A DNA stretch of 60,528 nucleotides from Pseudomonadota bacterium (GCA_039024595.1 JBCCQO010000001.1:1-60528); one strand, 5' to 3'; shown: positions 1-9,665, counted from the first letter of the stretch. The notes: generated by a model not told the origin, from the letters alone. Numbers and translations are program-made.

Positions 1-1789
1 GAGCAATGGGACGCTGGTTCTGAATAGTGATGGAACGTTCACGTACACGCCGGATGCGGACTTTACGGGCGTGGATACGTTCGTCTACGAGGTGAGCGAC
101 GGAAACGGAGAGACGGCGCAGGCGACGGTGACGATCACGGTTGAACCTGATGCGGACACACCAACCACTTCATTTGACCCCGGTTCGACAACCGTTAACC
201 GAATATCAGACCCAATCGAACTCGCTATAAACTCAACGGTGGGTGACGAAGCGGGAGATAACAATCTGGACGGTACACCTGGTGTCGTCTATCGGGATGA
301 GACGGTATCGGTCCTCGATTTTGGAGAGCTCTTTGCCAACGTCACTGTTGAATTGACCTTTAACGTTACGGTTGAAGGGTCCTGGAACTTCGACGGAGCC
401 GGAGGCGTCTACGACGATTTCTGGGAAGTTCAGGTCGATGGTGACCCGCAAGCTAGGTTCTTCTACAACGCCGAGATTATCGACGACGTGAGCTCGCCAG
501 GAGGAGCGGGCGGCTCAGCGAATGCGCTCCCAGGCGGTGGCAACGATTTCAGCTACGGAGAACCTGATACCTCCGTAAACCGAAACATGAACTTCACCCA
601 CAACACGCCGGGAATCGAGGTCACTCTCGACAGCATGGGACAGGCTACCGTGCAGTTTGCCGGTTCAACGACCCAGACAAGCGAGATTGCCACCATCAAC
701 AGCGCCATGGTCGGGCTCGAAATCTTTACCTACGAAATTCCCCTCGAGGCGGCGTTAACCGATGTTGATGGCAGCGAGAGCCTCAGCCTAACACTCTCAG
801 GCGTGCCCACTGGCGCGGCCCTTGGGGCAATCAGCGTACCCGCCCCGTTCAGCCTGGCAGAGACATCTCCAGGCTCTGGTGAGTATGAGATTACCGGTAG
901 CGACGGCTTATCGATTGACACCGTTCTGACACTGAGCGTTCGTGCGCCTGCCGGCAGCCCGCCCGTCTTCGATATGACACTCACGGCTGTAGCAACCGAA
1001 GCTGACGGCGGCGATACCGCTATTAGCACCGACACGATCTCGATTAACGGTGAGACGGTCGCACCGGTTGCCCTCGACCTCGATGGAGACGGTCTCGAGT
1101 ATCTGAGCCGCGATGCCGGCGTCGTGTTCGAGGATCAGTTCAGCGGGGAGACGCTGTCTACAGCCTGGGTTGCGCCTGATGACGGTTTGCTGGTCTACGA
1201 CGCAAACAGCTCAGGCAGCATCGATCAGGTTAAAGAGTATGTCTTTACACGCTGGTCAGACACTGCTGAAACAGATATGCAGGCCCTGGCCGAAGTGTTC
1301 GATACCGACGGCAATGGTGTGCTGGATGCAAACGATGAGGGTTGGAGCAAGTTCGGCGTTTGGCAGGATCTGAACTCGGATGGAATAACCGACGCCGGCG
1401 AGTTCCAGAGCCTGGACGAACTTGGCGTTGAGAGCATTGCCCTGACTTATGCTGATGACAGCGGGTCGCGTACTGACGCCAACGGAGATGTGATCGTTCA
1501 TGGTCAGTCCGAGGTACGCTGGACCGATGGCCAGACGTCTCTGGCGGAAGACGCGAGCTTCGCTATCGAAGCCGGTGACCTGCTCGCGGACGATAGTGAA
1601 ATACCTCTGCCCGCCGGCACTGAAGCCGCTGGTGCGATTGAAGCTAGTTCTGCAAGTTCGACAATCGACGAGGCAACAAGCGGAGGATCGACGGATAGTA
1701 GCTCCGCGGCTGAGCTCGCGGCGCTGGAAATCGATTTGCTGCTCCGCTCGCAGAGGGACGAGAAGCCCGACTCCGGCACCGTCGAGTAA
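1..1789 (+). CDS. Large T1SS-secreted adhesin (LapA-like), 3' part; gene begins upstream of the window
   Basis: The frame is open from base 2 (SNGTLVLNSDGTFTYTPDADFTGVDTFVYEVSDG, a cadherin/Ig-like tandem repeat). Acidic and T/G-rich, with a DxDGSE Ig motif and a C-terminal PVALDLDGDG/WQDLNSDG Ca-binding module. Adjacent to lapD/lapG/TolC. Confidence 0.85.
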   Translation, partial: SNGTLVLNSDGTFTYTPDADFTGVDTFVYEVSDGNGETAQATVTITVEPDADTPTTSFDPGSTTVNRISDPIELAINSTVGDEAGDNNLDGTPGVVYRDETVSVLDFGELFANVTVELTFNVTVEGSWNFDGAGGVYDDFWEVQVDGDPQARFFYNAEIIDDVSSPGGAGGSANALPGGGNDFSYGEPDTSVNRNMNFTHNTPGIEVTLDSMGQATVQFAGSTTQTSEIATINSAMVGLEIFTYEIPLEAALTDVDGSESLSLTLSGVPTGAALGAISVPAPFSLAETSPGSGEYEITGSDGLSIDTVLTLSVRAPAGSPPVFDMTLTAVATEADGGDTAISTDTISINGETVAPVALDLDGDGLEYLSRDAGVVFEDQFSGETLSTAWVAPDDGLLVYDANSSGSIDQVKEYVFTRWSDTAETDMQALAEVFDTDGNGVLDANDEGWSKFGVWQDLNSDGITDAGEFQSLDELGVESIALTYADDSGSRTDANGDVIVHGQSEVRWTDGQTSLAEDASFAIEAGDLLADDSEIPLPAGTEAAGAIEASSASSTIDEATSGGSTDSSSAAELAALEIDLLLRSQRDEKPDSGTVE

Positions 1790-1898
1790 ATTGAAACGTA
1801 GCGGCATAGCGCTCTGAGCATATGCTGCGTTCTTATTTTCGGGAGCTTGCCTGCGATCGGGCGGCTCTAACCTGATTGGACACGAAAAGAGGTTTCCA

Positions 1899-2225
1899 GT
1901 GCCCTACGTTCAGCGAGATAAATCCGGCGCGATAAGCGCCGTCAGCGAAACGTCGACGCAAGACTTCATAGAGCATGTTGAAGTGGGCGATCGGGAGCTG
2001 GATCAGTTTTTCTCGCGCCTGCGCAGGTACAGTGATCTTGCAGAAACCGATCTCGATTTCGTGCGTGTCCTTGAGGATCTACTTGACGTTCTGTTGAACA
2101 AGAACGTCCTGCTGTTCACCGAACTTCCTGCCGAAGCCCAGCAAAAAGTCCTGAAACGTCAGGCACTGCGCAACAGCGAGCGCGCTCTGGACTTGCTGCA
2201 AAGCGATCCTCTAGCGGATGACTAG
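1899..2225 (+). CDS. Small conserved Lap-locus protein (often mis-named 'tryptophan synthase beta-like')
   Basis: MPYVQRD...DLDFVRVLEDLLDVLL..K....FTELP..AQ.K...R pattern; GAGG RBS before GTG; lap gene context. Confidence 0.75.
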   Translation: MPYVQRDKSGAISAVSETSTQDFIEHVEVGDRELDQFFSRLRRYSDLAETDLDFVRVLEDLLDVLLNKNVLLFTELPAEAQQKVLKRQALRNSERALDLLQSDPLADD

Positions 2226-2264
2226 GGAGCCCAATGGCGAGACTATTATCAGCGCACTCCTAGG

Positions 2265-4196
2265 CTAGCCGGTTAGCCGCACTCCGACACCAGTGGCTCC
2301 CGTTGCGCCCGCTTGCAGGGCGGCCTGCAGCTCCCGCTCGTTTCTGACACCTTCGACGATGCACTGGATGCCCAGAGTTTGAGCTAGCGTCGCGTAGGTC
2401 TGAACCAGACTCTGTTTGCCTCCATTGGTGTCTATATCGTGCACAAATAGTTTGTCAATCTTCAGGAAATCCACCCCCGTATCTCCCAGCTGGCCAATCG
2501 CCTCGAGACGAAGGCCTACATGGTCCAGCCCGATTCCAACACCATGCTGCTTGGCACAGTCGAACAGTTCGCCAAACGCTTCCCGATTGCTTAGAAAGGC
2601 TGCTTCAGTCACCTCGAAATCCAGGCGGTGAGCACTCGCACCACTTTGCGTGAGTTGTTCCGACAGCCACAGGAGAAACTCCGGCTCTCTCACCGCTTCG
2701 AGGGTAAGGTTTACGCTGAGCTTCGTATCCCGGGTGGCGATTTCCGTCAGGGCTCGCGTAATCACAGCCCGATCAAGCCTGCTTACCAGCCCTAGCCGGT
2801 AAGCCCAGGGCAGTAAAACGGCGGCCGGGTATTCGGTCGCGCCTTCTCTGAGCCGAACCATCGCTTCGTCATGGATCAGCTCTTGATCGGCTGCAACTAC
2901 AGGAAAGGTAGCGAGGTCCAGGCACTGCTCCAGGGACTGGCCCAAGAGAGCGGCTTCCGTTCTGGCACGCCAGGCGACAGTTTCTGTGCGTCGTGAGCGT
3001 CGCCGACGCTCGCATTTTTGCGCAGACGTTACCGGCTGACTGGGCGCCTGAAGTGACGCGAGCAGTGCGGCATCTAGTTCAGTCAGCAGGTCAGAGCGTT
3101 GATCGCCGAAGGCATATTCGCTACAGGCCGTCGGTACACTGAGAGAATCCTGCAATCCCATTTCGTTGAGCGTGTTTCTGATTGTTGCCTGAACGCTGGC
3201 GCCAAGAACTTCCGGATCCTGATCTACCGGCGCCAATAGAACGAGATCAGCACCGCCTAATCTCGCCAGCAGCCAATCGTTATTTTCCGAACAGAGATTT
3301 TGCAATCTTTGGCTGATTGCCTGGAGGGCCTCGTCAATCGCGGCGCGACCGTGCTCCTGATTAGCCGTAGCCAGACGTTCGATGCGTAGCATCACCAGGG
3401 AACCGGAGGCGGCGGCACTATCGTCGGTCAGGTGGGCGTCGAAACGTTCCATAAACGCGTCTCGCGCCAGTAAACCGGTTACCGCATCGAGCTCTCTTGA
3501 GTCACGCTCAACCGCAAGGCGCTGCGCACTGCTCTCCAGCATTTGCTGAACCCTTTCCGTCATCCGATTGAGGGCGCGAGTCACTTGAGCAAACTCGGCG
3601 GTAGAGGGTTCGGCAATCGTCATGAAACGCCGCTCGGAGATCGCGTTCGCCTGACTAACGACGTCACCGAGCGGCTTGGTAATACGCCGAAGAAGGAAGG
3701 AACCCAGCGCGCCGGCAACAATCGTCGCGAGCAGCAGAGCCATGAATGTTCGCTTCGCACTGGCCCAGAGCTCCCGATAGGCAAAGTCATCCGCAGATCG
3801 CAGCGTCAGTGTGCCAAGCTGATTCCAGCCGCTCGATACCTGTGCCCGACCCGGCTCCGGATTGATAGGGAACAAGCGCCGGTACCATCCAGGTGCTACC
3901 TGTACATCCAGCTTACGCTCTCGCTCAAATAGCATGCTTCCGTCAGGGGACTGGAGGGAGAGCGCCTGATAAGTACCCATGTCGAGCTGTGCAGCAAGCT
4001 GTACCTCAAGCGCTGCAATATCCAGTCCCTGTTGCGACAAAGATACTGCGAGAGCTGTGGCATCATCACTGTTTTTGAGAGTCAGTTGTTCCTGCAGATA
4101 GCGACTGCTGGTAGTGCCATTGATGAAGAATGTGGCACCAAGTATCACCACCATCAACGTGATAATGGCAATCCAGAGCTGTCTATTGAGCGACAT
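2265..4196 (-). CDS. lapD: LapD/MoxY-type c-di-GMP receptor (periplasmic output-HAMP-degenerate GGDEF-EAL)
   Basis: MSLNRQLW start, APGWY periplasmic motif, SSGWNQLG, HAMP (P...EF), RLGGADL, KID and EGV motifs; directly downstream of lapG. Confidence 0.92.
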   Translation of the reverse strand: MSLNRQLWIAIITLMVVILGATFFINGTTSSRYLQEQLTLKNSDDATALAVSLSQQGLDIAALEVQLAAQLDMGTYQALSLQSPDGSMLFERERKLDVQVAPGWYRRLFPINPEPGRAQVSSGWNQLGTLTLRSADDFAYRELWASAKRTFMALLLATIVAGALGSFLLRRITKPLGDVVSQANAISERRFMTIAEPSTAEFAQVTRALNRMTERVQQMLESSAQRLAVERDSRELDAVTGLLARDAFMERFDAHLTDDSAAASGSLVMLRIERLATANQEHGRAAIDEALQAISQRLQNLCSENNDWLLARLGGADLVLLAPVDQDPEVLGASVQATIRNTLNEMGLQDSLSVPTACSEYAFGDQRSDLLTELDAALLASLQAPSQPVTSAQKCERRRRSRRTETVAWRARTEAALLGQSLEQCLDLATFPVVAADQELIHDEAMVRLREGATEYPAAVLLPWAYRLGLVSRLDRAVITRALTEIATRDTKLSVNLTLEAVREPEFLLWLSEQLTQSGASAHRLDFEVTEAAFLSNREAFGELFDCAKQHGVGIGLDHVGLRLEAIGQLGDTGVDFLKIDKLFVHDIDTNGGKQSLVQTYATLAQTLGIQCIVEGVRNERELQAALQAGATGATGVGVRLTG

Positions 4197-4205
4197 GTTT
4201 GCCTC

Positions 4206-4901
4206 CTACCATTCGGGACGGAAACCTTCAGCTACCGCGCGATCCAGCAAGTTTCTCCAGCGCGACATGCGTTCTATCGGCTTACTGGATACCGCTTTGC
4301 TTCTACCCGCAACCCAAAGTTCGGTAGCGCTAAAGCTAAAAATCGGGACAAGGTCCGGGCGCCGGCCCGCCGGCAGTATCTGCGGATTTATGTTATCCAG
4401 GACGAGAGGCTCAGCCTGAGGCGATGAATACCAGGTTAAAACCATGTGCGCCTGAGTCAGGCCCGATGCGAGCGTCGCGGTGACGTACACGAGTCGCAGG
4501 GTTTCCGGTGCTACCCCCGTAGCCAGCAGCGACACGTACTTTGCTACTGCAAAGTCCTCGCAGTCGCCGGCGCCGATAGCCAGCAGTTCCAGTGGCGTGG
4601 CCCAGTAGTCTTCTTGCCGATGAATTTGCTGGTCCGACTCCCAGCGAGCGCGCTGATTGAAAAACTGATTGATCGCACGAAGTTGCGCTGGCACTTGCTG
4701 TCCTTCGAGCTGATCGTTCAGGGATTCCCACGCATCGACAGCAACTTGTGCTCGAGCACCGAAGCGTTCCGCGGCAATTCGACGCAGCACGTCGAAATCA
4801 ATCGATGCCGCAGACGCAAGCAGTTGAGCTGCCAACAGGCCTGACAGAAGCGCGCTAGCGCGTATACCAGTTCGCAGATTCATCGCGCGCGAGGTCACCA
4901 C
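4206..4901 (-). CDS. lapG: Transglutaminase-like periplasmic cysteine protease (BTLCP/LapG)
   Basis: DYWATP.E, GDCEDFA (Cys), AHMVL (His), VLDN (Asp) triad; signal peptide. True start may be ATG 4883. Confidence 0.93.
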   Translation of the reverse strand: MVTSRAMNLRTGIRASALLSGLLAAQLLASAASIDFDVLRRIAAERFGARAQVAVDAWESLNDQLEGQQVPAQLRAINQFFNQRARWESDQQIHRQEDYWATPLELLAIGAGDCEDFAVAKYVSLLATGVAPETLRLVYVTATLASGLTQAHMVLTWYSSPQAEPLVLDNINPQILPAGRRPDLVPIFSFSATELWVAGRSKAVSSKPIERMSRWRNLLDRAVAEGFRPEW

Positions 4902-5091
4902 TTTGCGGGACTGTTAACTTGGGCACAGTATAAATGTGTAAATTGCGTTTAACTCTCGCCGCGTAAAAAAGTCGCGCAAACACGCAAAAAAAAAGAACAA
5001 AGAGGAATTAAACGATTCGTGTATCGTTAGCGCCCAGAAGGGGTGGATCCCGCAGCCACTCCCCCGCGGCGCCAGCCAGGAAGACCAGACC

Positions 5092-6591
5092 ATGAGAAAA
5101 AAACAAACGACAGGCATCGTGAAACGCCGGCGACTGAGCAGCTCAAAGTTGCTGAACATAGCCGTTTTGGCGGCCATGCCCTGGACCATCGCTCAGGCGC
5201 AGACCGTAAGTACCTATGGTGATGCCGTTGTTACGGCGCTTGCAGGTGCACCAGCAGTAACCAGTGCTTACTATGAGTTTGAAGCAACGCGTGAGGCAGA
5301 AAAAGTTGAGCGCGGAGACTTGCTGCCCAGCGTCGATCTTGCAGGTAGCTATTCCTGGGAAGAGCGCGAAACCCCCATCGCCGACTTTGGAAGTTACGAA
5401 GCCGACTCCCTGCGCTTTTCGATTACTCAGCTTTTATTTGATGGCTTCCAAAGTCGCGACGAGGCGAGGTCGCGGCGTTTCGAAAAGCTGGCTCGGTATT
5501 ACGATTTTGAATCAGCGTCTCAGCAGGTTGCCCTGTCGGCCACCGATGTCTACTTGAACACGCTGCTTTTCCAGCAACTAGTGAGCTATGCAGAGCAGAA
5601 CTACGTCGTTCATCGGCAGGTTTACAACAAGATAGCGGAGCGCGCCGCAGGTGGCGTGAGTCAGCGAGTCGATCTCGAACAGGCCACGGCGCGACTGGCA
5701 CTCGCCGAATCTAACCTGCTCACCGAGGTCACTAACCTTCACGATTCAAAAGCAGAATTTCAGCGAGTGGTTGGATTGTTACCAAGTGACCGGTTGGCAC
5801 TGCCGACCCTGCCGGCTAGCTACATTCCGGGTTCCAGGCAAGGTGCGCTGGCTGCCGCCTATGCAAGCAGCCCTGAAGTAAATCGCTCCATCGAAGAGGT
5901 GCGATCTGCTAGAGAGGCTCACAACGCAACACGCGGGCCACTGTACCCCCGCTTCGATCTGCGCTACCGCAACGAACAGGCGAACGACACAGACGGTATT
6001 GTCGGTGATTTCGACCTGGAAGCCGTTGAGGTCGTGATGAACTTCAATCTGTATCGCGGTGGCTCGGACGTAGCCCGGCGGCGAGAGCAGGCTGCCCGAT
6101 ACTATGCAGCGATCGAAGCGCGAAAAGACATTTGCCTGACGGTGCGCCGGGAGACACTCATCTCGCTCAACGATATCGATGTTCTTGAGCGCCAAAGCGC
6201 TTACTTAACCGAGCAGCTGGAAGCGCAGGACAAAACCCGACGCGCCTACAACGATCAGTTTGACCTCGGTCAGCGGTCGCTGCTTGATCTGCTCGATAGC
6301 CAGAATGAGTACTTCGACACTCAGCGCGCGCTGATTTCAGCACAGACTCAGCTGCGCGTGGCTCAGGCGCGGACACTTGCAACAATCGGAGCGCTTACCG
6401 GTGCCCTGGATGCAAAGGGTTTTAATGCCGAAAAACTCGACGCCCTGCAACTTAACCTGGAGCGCAAGCAAAACGAAGAAATCGCTGCGTGCCCCGATGG
6501 TTATGTCGATCAGATTAATATCGATCAGGAAGCGATCTTCGAACGGTTGAATCGGGGCGCTGATTCATCCATGGATGTGCTGTCTCGCTGA
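5092..6591 (+). CDS. TolC-family outer membrane protein of type I secretion (LapE/AggA-like)
   Basis: Signal peptide, LLPSVDL, QLLFDGF, FNLYRGG, QFDLGQRSLLDLLD motifs; divergent from lapG. Confidence 0.9.
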   Translation: MRKKQTTGIVKRRRLSSSKLLNIAVLAAMPWTIAQAQTVSTYGDAVVTALAGAPAVTSAYYEFEATREAEKVERGDLLPSVDLAGSYSWEERETPIADFGSYEADSLRFSITQLLFDGFQSRDEARSRRFEKLARYYDFESASQQVALSATDVYLNTLLFQQLVSYAEQNYVVHRQVYNKIAERAAGGVSQRVDLEQATARLALAESNLLTEVTNLHDSKAEFQRVVGLLPSDRLALPTLPASYIPGSRQGALAAAYASSPEVNRSIEEVRSAREAHNATRGPLYPRFDLRYRNEQANDTDGIVGDFDLEAVEVVMNFNLYRGGSDVARRREQAARYYAAIEARKDICLTVRRETLISLNDIDVLERQSAYLTEQLEAQDKTRRAYNDQFDLGQRSLLDLLDSQNEYFDTQRALISAQTQLRVAQARTLATIGALTGALDAKGFNAEKLDALQLNLERKQNEEIAACPDGYVDQINIDQEAIFERLNRGADSSMDVLSR

Positions 6592-6608
6592 CAACCAGAA
6601 GATACGAG

Positions 6609-7364
6609 TTAAGCAGTGACAGTTAGTTCAGGCTTCCGGGCGTAGACCACGAGCGAAGAGAAGGCACGGCCCGCCGCTCCGTCGGGCTGGACGCTGAGAA
6701 TGTCCATCCCCTGCGCAGCCAGAACACCGCGAACCGCCCGTTCGGGTAGAGCGTGCACCTCCATGATTCCGGCTCGTCCGTAGCGAACGTATCGGAGCAG
6801 GTTCAGAACACGGTTCCCCAGTAGCCGGAACATCCATCCCTGCCAGGTCCTAAGGTTAACCGCGGCCGCTACCTGAATAGTGAGTACTCCTCCGGGCACC
6901 AGGGAGTCACACATTGCACTTATGAATTTCTGCTGCCGGACGCGAGGCATGTGCTGAAGCACTAATTTACTGCACACCAGATCGATGCTCTCGTTCGCAA
7001 CACAGTCGAGGTTTTCGACGCTGTTGTGAACAAATTCAATATTGTCGATCTGGCGATTCGCGTTTCTGGCTTCGTCCAGCATTGCTGTGGATACATCGAT
7101 AGCGATGACTTTTTCAAATTCGCCTGCCAAGGCCCGGGAGAGTCGTCCAACGCCGCAGCCAAAATCCAGTGCGACTTTCTTCCCCAGAGGCACTTCCAGG
7201 TCTTGAATCGTGCGCAGTACGGCGCGTATCTCGCGATGCCCGATTTCAAAAAACTCGTCTGGCTCCCATCTGCCATGGCGTTTGCTGGGCTGTGAAAGGA
7301 CGGCCCAGTAAGGATCGCTGGCGCCTAGATTCTCCCATTGCTCTCTATGTCGATCGTTAGCCAT
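6609..7364 (-). CDS. Class I SAM-dependent methyltransferase
   Basis: LDFGCGVGRL, IDVS..ML, VLQH, L.PGG motifs. Confidence 0.88.
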   Translation of the reverse strand: MANDRHREQWENLGASDPYWAVLSQPSKRHGRWEPDEFFEIGHREIRAVLRTIQDLEVPLGKKVALDFGCGVGRLSRALAGEFEKVIAIDVSTAMLDEARNANRQIDNIEFVHNSVENLDCVANESIDLVCSKLVLQHMPRVRQQKFISAMCDSLVPGGVLTIQVAAAVNLRTWQGWMFRLLGNRVLNLLRYVRYGRAGIMEVHALPERAVRGVLAAQGMDILSVQPDGAAGRAFSSLVVYARKPELTVTA

Positions 7365-7424
7365 TGTTATCTTACCAACACGGTCCGTACTACCTGTAAG
7401 CGCTACCGCATCAGGTGCCTGATC

Positions 7425-8819
7425 CTACGAGCTTCCGGACGCTTCGAGCGCTTCCCGGATTCGTGCGTGTTCGCTTGAATCCAGAGGAAAATGCCACATC
7501 AACGCGATCGCAATGGTCTTAAAAAGCAGTGCGGGAGCGGCGTAAAGGAGCGCCAGGACTCTCACGTCTTCCGGTAGATTTTGTGCCGTCGCGTCAAACC
7601 CGACAACATCCAACAGGGGGAAGACAAGGCCCACGGAAAGCGCCGAACCCAACTTGGCCGCAGTCCCCCACAGCGCAAAAAACAACCCGGGCCGACGCTG
7701 ACCGTTCTCATAAGCGTCCCAGTCAATCAGATCCGCATTGATCGCATGCGGTAGTGCGAGATCCGCACCAATCATCAAGCCCGTCCCGACCACGATGACC
7801 GCGTAGGGAATAACATCTCCTGATCCCAGGAAAGGTGCGCCGGCAAAAAAGCAGCAGGAACCTATGACCGCAATACTCCAGGCCCGGTGTTTACTCGTGG
7901 CCTTCGCCACTCGCACCCAGAACGGCACTGATAGGGCGCTGCAGATAAAGTACAAAAACAACATTGGACCGGCGATGCCGGGTCTCTCAAGCACCTGTGT
8001 GACGTATAGGAGGAACAGCGTTGCGGGAATAGAGTTGGCCAGACCGTTTAGGAAAAAAGCAAAGAGTAGTCTGCGAAACAGAGATGGACGAATGAGCAGC
8101 TTGATTGCGTTGCGCAACTCACCTTCATTGCGTTTTACGACTCCACGATCAGGGACAAGCAGGGCTGCTATTGGCACGCTCACCGCTAAACCGATAAATA
8201 CCAGCAGCGTTATGGCGAACAGCGACTGTGCAAGCGTGTCGTTGCTGGTGTTATCCACGAGCAACAGTGCGACCATAGTCCCGGCAAGGCCGAACACGAC
8301 CCGCGATCCTGAGATGCGACTACGCTGGTGGTAAGCACCGCTCAGCTCGGCTCCCCAGGCGTTCAGGGGGACAATGCTCATGGTTCCGGCAATGTAGATG
8401 CCCAGTGTCGCCAGCAGTAGAAACCGGTTATCCGCATCAGCCGGTGGATTGAACAATGCCCATACCGCGAGTGCGATGAGCGGTGAACTGGCTACTACCC
8501 ATGATTTGCGCCGACCGAAAGCCGCTGGGGTTCGATCCGATAAATAGCCAACTGCTGGATCTGTAAAGAGGTCCCAAAGGCGGGCGGCGAGCAAAATACC
8601 CCCGACTGCGGACAGACTAAGTCCAAGGACCTGCGCATAAAAAGTTGGAACGATTACCTGAAGCCCAATAAAGGCTGCGGCGAGGGGGAAAGCAAGCCCC
8701 CCGTAAGCGGCGAGGACTGCCAGGCTTGGTATGTCTTCAGATTCATCACCATGAGACGAAACGGTTGGGCCGTTCGCTGAACCAGCCTCGAGTCCTTGAT
8801 CAGTTTCCATTGAAAACAA
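7425..8819 (-). CDS. MFS transporter, GPH (MelB/MFS_2) family
   Basis: RLWDLFTDPAVGYLSDRT..FGRRK motif, about 12 TM segments, ADLIDWD..R.GLF. Confidence 0.88.
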   Translation of the reverse strand: MFSMETDQGLEAGSANGPTVSSHGDESEDIPSLAVLAAYGGLAFPLAAAFIGLQVIVPTFYAQVLGLSLSAVGGILLAARLWDLFTDPAVGYLSDRTPAAFGRRKSWVVASSPLIALAVWALFNPPADADNRFLLLATLGIYIAGTMSIVPLNAWGAELSGAYHQRSRISGSRVVFGLAGTMVALLLVDNTSNDTLAQSLFAITLLVFIGLAVSVPIAALLVPDRGVVKRNEGELRNAIKLLIRPSLFRRLLFAFFLNGLANSIPATLFLLYVTQVLERPGIAGPMLFLYFICSALSVPFWVRVAKATSKHRAWSIAVIGSCCFFAGAPFLGSGDVIPYAVIVVGTGLMIGADLALPHAINADLIDWDAYENGQRRPGLFFALWGTAAKLGSALSVGLVFPLLDVVGFDATAQNLPEDVRVLALLYAAPALLFKTIAIALMWHFPLDSSEHARIREALEASGSS

Positions 8820-8939
8820 CTACGCAAGCGGATATGCCGCTACCACAGACGTTCATTGAGGCCGTGTTCCATATGGTTTTCCGATTTAAATAGTAGGTTC
8901 GCGCCGCAAGACTATGTCGTAGCCGGCTCGCCGGAACTA

Positions 8940-9665
8940 CTAGTCAGACTCGCGGACTCCCGCATTAGTTTCATAACGCAGTTGCCAGACGTCCTGCCAC
9001 CACAAAGATACGCTGAACGCGAAATTCAACTGTAGCAACAAGGCCAGTTGCCACTCGATGGCGTCCTCGATGTTGTCGTGCATATTCTCATCAAAAAGCT
9101 GAACCCCAACGCTGACAAGTCCGACAAGCAGCATGATCTGGCACAGGCGGAGAATTCGATGGCCTGCGGAGCGAACCGCCTGCGACTCCTCACCGGCGAC
9201 CGCGCATAGCCCTCCTGCCAGGAGAAGCTGTGCCAAAAACGTCAGAGAGAAGAACAGGATCGCTCCGATTCGGCGCTGCGTGCGCCATACATCTCCAATC
9301 TCGCCGAGCACGGTTACATAAAGTGCGAGCCCGATACTGGCCAGAATTCCACAGCCGAGCATGGACACTCGTCGACTGCGGGCCACGCTAAACTTTTCGA
9401 GCAATACCGATTGAAGCCACCAGTACACAAGCAACAGCATGGCGATAGGCAGCATTAAACCGCGAAAAACATAGCTGGCTGGCGGATGCCTTCCAGTCGC
9501 GCTGATGGAGGTGCAGCTATCCCAGTAGGGATTGCACCAGTCTACAAACCCGTGACTGGCGGAGACTACAAATGCGCCATGCACCGCAACAAACGGCAGT
9601 ATTGAGCAGCCTGCACAAACCAACACCGGAAACTGCAGAAACCGGCGGTGTGATTCGCTTTTCAT
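8940..9665 (-). CDS. Conserved polytopic membrane protein (Frag1/DRAM/DUF998-like)
   Basis: About 6 hydrophobic segments; CNPYWDSCTSISATGR and C-terminal EW motif. Confidence 0.6.
   Translation of the reverse strand: MKSESHRRFLQFPVLVCAGCSILPFVAVHGAFVVSASHGFVDWCNPYWDSCTSISATGRHPPASYVFRGLMLPIAMLLLVYWWLQSVLLEKFSVARSRRVSMLGCGILASIGLALYVTVLGEIGDVWRTQRRIGAILFFSLTFLAQLLLAGGLCAVAGEESQAVRSAGHRILRLCQIMLLVGLVSVGVQLFDENMHDNIEDAIEWQLALLLQLNFAFSVSLWWQDVWQLRYETNAGVRESD

Noticed and set aside
4950-5090. c-di-GMP riboswitch or FleQ box in the lap promoter
   Set aside because: No GEMM-type architecture; the match to GTCaNTAAAtTGAC is too weak.
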